DNA of 63,865 nt, the filler included, from Limisphaerales bacterium (lineage in GTDB: Bacteria; Verrucomicrobiota; Verrucomicrobiia; Limisphaerales; SIBE01), in assembly GCA_044225505.1 (NCBI GenBank). It is 3 parts of 3 records of this genome, joined end to end, with 100 filler letters (N's around TTAATTAATTAA, not from the genome) between each part and the next. Parts side by side here need not be neighbours in the genome. Positions count along the whole stretch, not along the records: positions 52,534 to 63,865 come from JBGAIN010000215.1; 2 more parts are not named here. The stretch is one strand, 5' to 3'. The translations under genes and the position numbers were made by a program. Of this stretch, positions 56,870 to 63,865 are shown one piece after another (the first letter of the stretch is position 1; each line of letters starts with the position of its first letter). The notes beneath the pieces were generated by a model. That model worked only from the letters and a program-made list of their open reading frames with translations, had not been told where the DNA came from and searched no databases.

Positions 56870-58324
56870 TCATGGTCCAAGTCGCGCCATGCCTTCGGGA
56901 GCGTCGAGGCGAATGCGCTTTGTGATCCGTCCTTTCCAATTCTGTCGGCCCGGCCGCAACCGAAGATAGCTGCCGTCCGCCGCACGATCGAGTGCGCTCT
57001 GAAATCCGGGTACCGGCGAGTCGTAGGCGCCGTATCCCGCGCCAGGACTTTCGAGGCCTGGCGTCACCCAGAGGCCATCAGACGAAAGTCCAGGCCAGGT
57101 AAAGCCGCCTTTGCTGAGCAGGGCGTTGATCTGTCCAGCCAACACCTGGGCGTAGTCCGGGTTGCCAAAGTCCGTTCGGTTTAACGCCAAGTAAAAGACG
57201 ATGCCGTCGCTGCGCTGTTGGAGCCAGGTATTGCAACCGTCGAGTCGCCCGGAGTGGGCGTAGTTCTGCATGGGCTGCGCAGTGGTGATGGGCTGGCCAA
57301 TGTCCCCGTTTTGATACCACACGTGAAAGGCATTGGCGAAGCGAACCATGGCGGCGGCCGACGCCACCACGCCTCCGTGAGCGAGCATTCCTTCAATAAA
57401 AAACCCTCCGTCCGGCATCGGCACCGATTCGATGGGCGGATTGTTATCGAACACATTTTCCCCGTTGTTGCTCGCGACATAGCCTGGCTCCCGCGGATGG
57501 CGGTCCGCGGCGAATGTCCGAGCCGGCGCAAATTCCGTCGCTGGAATCCCACGCGCCGGGCTCATGATTTTCTGTTGGACGTACCCGAGATAACCTCCGG
57601 GCGCGAAGGCTTGGAGCAATTCACCCAGCACCATGTAACCGTAATTGGAGTAAGCGTCCGTTCCCGCGGGATTGTTCAAGTTGCTGACGGTGCCCGGGGT
57701 CCATTGCAGCGATTGGCCCAACATGTAGCTCATGACATCGCGGTTGGACGGCGGACTATTGATTTTGAGCGCAGCTGCAACCGTACGCGACTTGAACATC
57801 ACGTCCCCGGGAGGATCGGTGTTGCGGTCGAACCCGCCCTGGTGGAGCAGCAAATGATTGATCGTGACATCGGCGTGACGGGAGTCGCCCAAGGCCGGTT
57901 TCGGCGTCACGCTGAGAAATCCGTTCAAGCCGACCACCAGATTGGCAAACACGCGACTATTCAATCCGTCGGTGCCGAAACCTCCTTCGGCCGCGAACTG
58001 GCGTATCGCTGCGGCCGTGATCGGCTTGACCGTGCTGGCCGTTCGCATCATGGCGTTCTCCGGCAAGGCCACGCCTGGATTGCCGCCGTTGGGAGGTCTC
58101 AACCAGCCAAACGCCCGGAGATACTCGATGCGACCGGCTCGACTGATCCCTAGCACTCCAGCAGTGATGCCATTGGACGTCATGGAGCCCGTCATGAGGT
58201 TGTCAAAGGCGGTCATGCCTGGCACGGGCCGCCCACGGACTGGGAGTTGAGCCCTCGAGCCCGGGGTCGAAATGCCGAGCAGCGTTGCCGCCATCAATAG
58301 CTGTTGTATCCAGCGCCTGTTCAT
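56870..58324 (-). CDS. Secreted serine hydrolase (beta-lactamase/PBP-like family)
   Basis: SD GGAGGA; signal peptide; SxxK (ASTVKP), LLLHQGG, YSNYGY, HSG; small extra C-terminal domain. Confidence 0.9.
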   Translation of the reverse strand: MNRRWIQQLLMAATLLGISTPGSRAQLPVRGRPVPGMTAFDNLMTGSMTSNGITAGVLGISRAGRIEYLRAFGWLRPPNGGNPGVALPENAMMRTASTVKPITAAAIRQFAAEGGFGTDGLNSRVFANLVVGLNGFLSVTPKPALGDSRHADVTINHLLLHQGGFDRNTDPPGDVMFKSRTVAAALKINSPPSNRDVMSYMLGQSLQWTPGTVSNLNNPAGTDAYSNYGYMVLGELLQAFAPGGYLGYVQQKIMSPARGIPATEFAPARTFAADRHPREPGYVASNNGENVFDNNPPIESVPMPDGGFFIEGMLAHGGVVASAAAMVRFANAFHVWYQNGDIGQPITTAQPMQNYAHSGRLDGCNTWLQQRSDGIVFYLALNRTDFGNPDYAQVLAGQINALLSKGGFTWPGLSSDGLWVTPGLESPGAGYGAYDSPVPGFQSALDRAADGSYLRLRPGRQNWKGRITKRIRLDAPEGMARLGP

Positions 58325-58458
58325 ACCTATCGTCCTCCAGTTGCACTGCCTCCAAACGCGTCGATGATCATGGGCTTAACGAGTCTTGCGGACGTTGTGC
58401 CCGAGAGCGCCAGCAAGCCTGGCACCGCCATGACATCGCCGCCTTTCATGGTCTTCAG

Positions 58459-59838
58459 CTATTGCAAGGTCACCAACACCAGCACCATGCCTTGCCCTGC
58501 ATCCAGCGCGCTCATGGCTTTTCCCAGGATGGCCCCTTGCGCGCGGTCATGGTCTGTCGCCTTCATGGCGTGTCCCGCTCGGTCGCTGGTGGTCAGCAGG
58601 TCCCCCGGTTCGATTGCCCCGTGGGTGGCATCCGCCCGCACGTAGACCCGCCCGGTCAACGCCACGTTTTCTCCCGGCTCCAACGCGCCCTCTTGCCGGA
58701 GGCTGATGCCCGGCTGAATCCCGTTGGCCCCGCTGACAATTCCAGCGACGCGTTTGTCGTAAGCGCGCGTGCTGACTTTCAGGCGTCCGGGATGCTCCGC
58801 ATCAATCACCACCACGGAGCCTTTCTCCACTGTGGCATCACTGAGCGGAAAGGGTTCCGCCAGGTCCGCTCCTCCCGCAATCTCCAGCGTGCGCACTCGT
58901 GCGTTCCCGGCTGTGTAAGTGTCCCCGTTCGGCTGCACGGCGAAGGCGATCTCCGAGGCCCCGCTCCGCGCCACGTAGAATTGATCGCCGTTGAATCCGC
59001 GCGAAGTGCCGATATCCCACTGGCCATGGGCATTTCTAAAGGACACTTTCGCCCAGGCATTGATCCCGCCACCGCACTCGATGAGATGGGTCAGCGACTC
59101 CGCCTCATACAGATGAAGTTTGGCCTGTGGTTCAATGCCTAATCCCAAACCGCCGCCCGTGGAGAGTTGCAGTTCCAGGCGCGGCGTTCCCAAACGATCG
59201 ATGTAAAAGACGTCGTTGTTAAAGGCGCGCGACGTCCCGATGTCCCACTCGCCATTCAGGTTTTTGAAACCGACTTTCGCCCAGGCATTGGTCCCGCCGC
59301 CCGTCTCGATCAGGTGCGTCAGCGAGTCGGGCTGCCAGTAGAGATGAAGCAACGCCTGGGGATTGTCCGTGCCGATCCCCACGCTCCCGCTGGGGGTCGA
59401 CTGCAGAAAGCTTGTCGCTGGCAACCCGTTTAATTGCGCCGCATTCAAGCTCTGGATAGCGTAGGGGACCGGCGCGATCGATTGCCGCGGCGCCAGCACC
59501 ACGTAGGGATCGGCACTCCCGGCGCGTTTCACGCCCACTTCCAGGTATCGGGGCGATCCATCAAACGCGGCGGCGCCGAAGTCCAGGGTGACGGAGAATT
59601 CCCCGTTCGCGACCGCCACGGCTGGATCCGAAATCGTTTCCCCTTGCTGCGTCCCGGTATCGACGTCCGGTGTGTCGAAAAGCTTAAACTCCATTTCGAA
59701 CGTCGCGGCAGCTGGATTCCCGCCGTCGGCCAGTCGGCCTTTGTAAACCAACTTGCTCTCTTGGGCCAGCGCCTTGGCGCCTGAGAAAACCAGCAGGAAG
59801 AGTGCAAGCAAGAGCAAGAAATACCTTGGCGTCTTCAT
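58459..59838 (-). CDS. Secreted tail-fibre-like protein with C-terminal intramolecular-chaperone/autoproteolytic (peptidase G2-like) domain
   Basis: Sec signal; N-domain VYKGRL..GG.PA...F.MEFKLFD...NGEFSVTLDFG...YLEVGV...PRQ....PYA; two ~63-aa repeats starting VGIGT.NP/LGLGIEP; C-domain GGADLAEPF...VAGIVS...VAL.GRV.V...GDLLTTS...GHAMK...GKAM...VLVTLQ. Confidence 0.75.
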   Translation of the reverse strand: MKTPRYFLLLLALFLLVFSGAKALAQESKLVYKGRLADGGNPAAATFEMEFKLFDTPDVDTGTQQGETISDPAVAVANGEFSVTLDFGAAAFDGSPRYLEVGVKRAGSADPYVVLAPRQSIAPVPYAIQSLNAAQLNGLPATSFLQSTPSGSVGIGTDNPQALLHLYWQPDSLTHLIETGGGTNAWAKVGFKNLNGEWDIGTSRAFNNDVFYIDRLGTPRLELQLSTGGGLGLGIEPQAKLHLYEAESLTHLIECGGGINAWAKVSFRNAHGQWDIGTSRGFNGDQFYVARSGASEIAFAVQPNGDTYTAGNARVRTLEIAGGADLAEPFPLSDATVEKGSVVVIDAEHPGRLKVSTRAYDKRVAGIVSGANGIQPGISLRQEGALEPGENVALTGRVYVRADATHGAIEPGDLLTTSDRAGHAMKATDHDRAQGAILGKAMSALDAGQGMVLVLVTLQ

Positions 59839-59959
59839 AGTCAGGAATTGGCAAAATGATGCTTCACTAATGGACTTAAGAAACGCCGCCGCGATATTAC
59901 AGAGTTTTTTGAACTCCGTCGGGCGACCGGTTTGGTGGAGGCGCCCCCCCGGGCGCTGT

Positions 59960-60976
59960 TTAGGGGCTGTGGGTGTAAACGTCGCCGGTCGACGTTAAAA
60001 CCCAGCGACGGGCCTGCCCCACAGATACCATCTGGCAGAGAGCTCCGGCGTTACTGTCCAGCTCCCTGAGCCAGGAGCGTCCGCCGTCGCGAGTCGAGAA
60101 AATCCCGCCCATGTCGACGCAATAGCCCGTGTCCGCGTCCTGGAATTGGATGTCACGGACCCAGTTGCCAGGCCAGCGGCCAGCGGCGGACCAGGTCTTG
60201 CCACCGTCCGTGGTGCGCAAGAGCGGTGAGGTCTCATCGGATCGCGAACTAATGGTGGTCGTATTTCCGACCCATCCGTGGGTCGCGTTAACAAAGAACA
60301 CGGTCGTCACCATGGCGATGTTCGTGGTCGGTACCGTGACGAATTGGGATTCCCAACTCCGGCCGCCATTGGTCGTTTTGAGCAGCGTGTGATCGACACC
60401 GAGCACCCAGCCCGTCTTCGCATCCACGAAGCACATCGATATCAGAGCGCCGGGCGCGAGATGCTCCTGGGCCGTCCAGGTCCGTCCGCTGTCGAGCGTG
60501 TGGAACAGGCCACCGTAATTATGCGCGATCCAACCTTCCTGGGCGTTAACGAAATGCATAGCCACGCAGGTTGGGCGCGTGGGTCCGTATTCGGGAAGCA
60601 GATCTGCCTTCCAGGACTTTCCGCCATCGACGGTGCTCAGAACGGTCCGGCCTTCTCCCACCGCCCATCCGATTTTCGCAGTTACAAACTGCACACAGGT
60701 CAATCGGTTGGTGAATGGGCTCGCTTGCAGGTCCCAGGTCAATCCGGCGTCGCGGGTGTGCCGAATCCTGCCTGAGCTGCCAACCATCCAGCCGTGCGTG
60801 GCGTCCGGGAACGAGAGGCTGGCGTACCTAGCGTCGGGATCACGGCCGGAATAAGCTAAAACCCAGGAACCTCTTTGACCCGGGGTGGGAGGAGGCTCCG
60901 CTGCTTGAAGTCCGTGAAAGCCAGAGAGGAGTCCAATCCCTAAGATTGAGGCGGAGAAGGCGGATAACAGTCGCAT
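59960..60976 (-). CDS. YCF48-like / BNR-repeat beta-propeller protein
   Basis: Signal peptide; repeated F.....GW..G..G....T.DGG.[TS]W. Confidence 0.9.
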   Translation of the reverse strand: MRLLSAFSASILGIGLLSGFHGLQAAEPPPTPGQRGSWVLAYSGRDPDARYASLSFPDATHGWMVGSSGRIRHTRDAGLTWDLQASPFTNRLTCVQFVTAKIGWAVGEGRTVLSTVDGGKSWKADLLPEYGPTRPTCVAMHFVNAQEGWIAHNYGGLFHTLDSGRTWTAQEHLAPGALISMCFVDAKTGWVLGVDHTLLKTTNGGRSWESQFVTVPTTNIAMVTTVFFVNATHGWVGNTTTISSRSDETSPLLRTTDGGKTWSAAGRWPGNWVRDIQFQDADTGYCVDMGGIFSTRDGGRSWLRELDSNAGALCQMVSVGQARRWVLTSTGDVYTHSP

Positions 60977-61041
60977 ACTAATGGATTAGACGGCAATCAG
61001 GACGCGCTGCTCGATCGAGCGGGCAATGGCGTTCTCGACCT

Positions 61042-61071
61042 TAATCGTGATCGTGCTCTTGCTCTTACTCC
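61042..61071. repeat. Degenerate hexamer tandem repeat
   Basis: TAATCG TGATCG TGCTCT TGCTCT TACTCC in intergenic DNA. Confidence 0.5.
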
Positions 61072-61465
61072 TTCGTTCGTCCGCAGGCTTGGTTGACGCT
61101 TTGGCGAGAGTGTAAGATGCCTCGCCAGGAAAACTGATTTGCGAAGACGTGCCGTGGCACACGCAGAATTGCCGCTACCCATCACGCCCATGTCAGGATC
61201 AAGGCCCGAAACGCCGAAAGCTCCGCGCATTTGTCATAGAAATCTGAGGTTTCGTAAGGTGTGGTTAGTTTGCACCGAGGAATGTTATGGGGCGCCCCTC
61301 CCTGGAGAACCGGCGGCAATCCAGGAATAGCGCATTAAGTTTCCATGTTCTTCTTCCGATAAATAGCTCGGCGGTACTTGGTTGAATGGCGCCTGTCGTC
61401 TTCGAATCCTCGCTTCGCGAGGGTTGTTCACAGCAGGAACTGCGAGCGTAGTTCCTTCAATCGCA

Positions 61466-63865
61466 ATGGAATCTGAAGAATCGCGTTTGCCAAACCGGAT
61501 AGCCTTTCTCTTTTACGTCTGGCTTTGGCTTTCGATTTTGTCCGCGGGTGTGGCCAAAGCAGCTCCTGATGTCCAAGTCAGGAGTTTCCATGAATTCCAG
61601 GAACTTGGGAAAGCCAAGACGCCGCAAAAGCTTTGGCCAGTTCTGTTTGATGGCGTTGTTCTCTGCTACGATCTCGGCTGGGGACAACTCTATATCCACG
61701 ACGGTAACGAAACAGCCTACCTTAATCCTCGGCTTTTCCAGAGTCCATTCGAAGTTGGACAACGCATTCAAATCTCGGGCCGGGCCTTCATCTCGGAAGA
61801 AGGTCCCACTTTAACGAACCTGGCCGTCACTGTGGTCAGCAGAGGTGCGTTACCCAATGCGAAACCACTTCGCTTGTCGCAATTGGGAACAGATTGGAGT
61901 CAATGGATCGAAACTGAGGGACAGGTTCGTGTCGCGGAAGCCAGCCGCGAACGTTTGGCCCTGGTCATTCAGGACCAAGGTCAGAACTGCCTCGTTTATG
62001 TGATGGGACCTGCAAAGACCAACGACCTCGCGCGGTTCCTCGATGCACGGGTAAGAGTGCGTGGAATTAACGCCAGCAAGGTGGTAAAAGGCAAACTTGA
62101 GGCAGCATCGGTCTTTGTGCCCGGAATGAGCGAGGTGACCATTCTAGCACCGCCCTCGATAGATCCTTGGCAACTGCCGTTAACATCTGTCGACGACCTC
62201 CTGCACAAAGAATTCGGCGGTTGGACCAATAGACCGGTCCGTATCAAGGGATTGATCACCGCTTATCAACCCGGTGAATACGCTTTGATTAAAGACTCCA
62301 CAGGCGTTCTCAAGGCGCAGGTGATTCAAGTGAACGAAGCGCATGTGGGGCAGCGCGTGAATGCGTGGGGCTTTCTCGCCGGTTCCCCTGAACCGATCCT
62401 TAAAGACGCCTACTTCGAAGTTGTGGTCGCTTCTGAAGCAGGAGGCATGGCGGCAGCTGAATTGAAGGTGCCCTCCTTAACGATCAACCACTCCAATGTG
62501 CTCACTTGTGTGTCGGAGATCATGAAACTCAGGGCGCAAGCATCGGCGAATATCCCCGTGCGGCTTACCGGGGTCATGACCTACGCTGACCCTGGTTGGC
62601 GGGTGGCATTCTTTCAGGATGAAACCCGGGGGATTTTTGTGGACCTTAAACAGTCAGACGTGCTCTCCGGACAATGGGTAGAACTTAGTGCGCAAACCGA
62701 TCCCGGAGGCTTCGCTCCTCAGCTCATTAACGCCACTGCCCGCATTCTCGGCCAAACGAATCTCCCAGTGCCGGTCGTGGCGGCCTTGGACGAGTTTTCC
62801 GACGGCCATTTGGATGCGCAGTGGGTGCAGGTGGACGGGGTTGTGCGCCGGGTAACCAAACAGGATGGCCGCGTGCGGATGGAATTAACGACTCCAAAGG
62901 GACGGTTCAACGTGCTCCTGTTGGATTTCACTGACCGTCCCGCACCTTCGCACTTGCTCGATGCACTGGTGAGTGTCCGGGGGGCGTGCGGGGCGCTAGT
63001 CAATGCGCGAGGCCAACTCACTGGTATCACCTTGCATGTCCCGAGCCTTGAACAGATCAAGTCTCTGGAAGCGCCACCATCGGATCCATTCGAGGTGGCC
63101 GCAACTCCAGTAATAGAAGTGACCCGATTCAACCCGGATCGCCTTGCTGGGCGGCGAGTTAAGGTAACTGGAGTTGTAACGCATTCGCTTCAAGGCCAGG
63201 GCCATGGCTTTTGGGTGCAGGACCGTTCGGGAGGCATTCGAGTTCATTCCACGCAAACAAATGAGCTTAAACCTGGGGATGCGGTCGAGGTGCTTGGATT
63301 TCCGGCCATGGGAGATTTCTCTCCCAGGATCGAAGAGGCTGCTTACCGTAAAACAGGAAGCGCACCTCTGCCGACTCCATTGGAAACGACGGCCGAACAA
63401 CTCCTACTCCACGGGACTAACGACGCCACGGTTGTCCAGATCCAAGCCCGGCTGCTCCAGGGGGTCGCACGAGCAATTCGCCCCAAATTGGTTCTGCAAA
63501 ACGGCGCCACAATTTTTTCGGCCAGCATGGCAAATCAGGCTCCAGACGATGAGCTCTACACGCTCCAAGCTGGAACTCTCCTCCGCATCACCGGCATTTG
63601 TCAGCTACAAGGCGGGGAAAGCCACGAACCAGAGTCTTTTCGCCTTTTACTGTCGCGCTCGAAGGATATTGTTCTGTTGGAGGCACCTTCCTGGTGGACG
63701 CCACGGCGTGCTTTGACTTTGGTCGGAGGAATGTCGCTCGTCATAGCGGCATCGGCAGCCTGGGTGAGCGTTCTGCGGAGCCAAGTCAAGCACCGCACAC
63801 GCAAACTGAGTGAGGAGATCGAGGAGCGAAAAGCAGCCGAGGAGGCCCTGAAAAACGCGCAACGA
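61466..63865 (+). CDS. Sensor histidine kinase-like protein, N-terminal part (runs off the window; absent from the supplied ORF track)
   Basis: Both ends translated by hand fall in the same frame (800 codons, no stop at the window edge): signal/TM MESEE...FLFYVWLWLSILSAGVAKA, repeated modules (DGVVLCYD..WGQLYIHD; QWIETEGQVR), then WWTPRR-TM helix-LRSQV..RTRKLSEEIEERKAAEEAL signalling coiled coil. The kinase core is not in the window. Confidence 0.8.
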   Translation, partial: MESEESRLPNRIAFLFYVWLWLSILSAGVAKAAPDVQVRSFHEFQELGKAKTPQKLWPVLFDGVVLCYDLGWGQLYIHDGNETAYLNPRLFQSPFEVGQRIQISGRAFISEEGPTLTNLAVTVVSRGALPNAKPLRLSQLGTDWSQWIETEGQVRVAEASRERLALVIQDQGQNCLVYVMGPAKTNDLARFLDARVRVRGINASKVVKGKLEAASVFVPGMSEVTILAPPSIDPWQLPLTSVDDLLHKEFGGWTNRPVRIKGLITAYQPGEYALIKDSTGVLKAQVIQVNEAHVGQRVNAWGFLAGSPEPILKDAYFEVVVASEAGGMAAAELKVPSLTINHSNVLTCVSEIMKLRAQASANIPVRLTGVMTYADPGWRVAFFQDETRGIFVDLKQSDVLSGQWVELSAQTDPGGFAPQLINATARILGQTNLPVPVVAALDEFSDGHLDAQWVQVDGVVRRVTKQDGRVRMELTTPKGRFNVLLLDFTDRPAPSHLLDALVSVRGACGALVNARGQLTGITLHVPSLEQIKSLEAPPSDPFEVAATPVIEVTRFNPDRLAGRRVKVTGVVTHSLQGQGHGFWVQDRSGGIRVHSTQTNELKPGDAVEVLGFPAMGDFSPRIEEAAYRKTGSAPLPTPLETTAEQLLLHGTNDATVVQIQARLLQGVARAIRPKLVLQNGATIFSASMANQAPDDELYTLQAGTLLRITGICQLQGGESHEPESFRLLLSRSKDIVLLEAPSWWTPRRALTLVGGMSLVIAASAAWVSVLRSQVKHRTRKLSEEIEERKAAEEALKNAQR

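Noticed and set aside
56870..58324. Antibiotic-resistance beta-lactamase
   Set aside because: SxxK/YxN/HxG motifs are shared by the broad serine hydrolase family (esterases, peptidases); nothing indicates a true AmpC.
58459..59838. Prophage remnant suggested by the tail-fibre-like gene
   Set aside because: The protein has a Sec signal peptide, and no capsid, terminase, integrase or other phage genes occur nearby.
61042..61071. Hexamer run as a mobile-element end
   Set aside because: Short and degenerate, with no partner repeat or transposase in the window.

Overview
GC-rich bacterial DNA made of three contigs (1-26581, 26682-52433, 52534-63865) joined by artificial N/TTAATTAATTAA/N linkers. 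Gene content suggests Verrucomicrobiota of the Pedosphaera/Limisphaera type (inference): a DUF1501 + PSCyt/DUF1549/DUF1553 pair, an H-X9-DG pseudopilin, a sensor kinase with a large repeated extracellular region, and giant Calx-beta/GEVED surface proteins. The window holds housekeeping genes (lepA, lepB, ferritin, Pfk, LOG, lspA), secreted peptidases, and very large secreted Ig/Calx-beta/RTX/GEVED proteins. No rRNA, tRNA, CRISPR array, integrase or transposase was seen. The main candidates for undescribed biology are as follows. (1) A tightly packed cytoplasmic operon of patatin phospholipase, thermolysin-like (M4) metalloprotease and insertion-laden ComEC-type MBL hydrolase (34335-39113), resembling a protease-activated defence or cell-death module. 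(2) A recurrent ~60-aa domain ending F[YF]R on five unrelated secreted proteins, a candidate sorting signal, plus a signal-peptide-bearing, self-cleaving phage-fibre-like protein and a putative anchoring partner (55194-59838). (3) A helically phased 11-bp GATC array before an uncharacterised basic protein (39255-40114). (4) An oriC-like intergenic region upstream of lepA. Three genes carry frameshifts or deletions that may be assembly errors. All calls come from reading motifs by eye; no database search was run.
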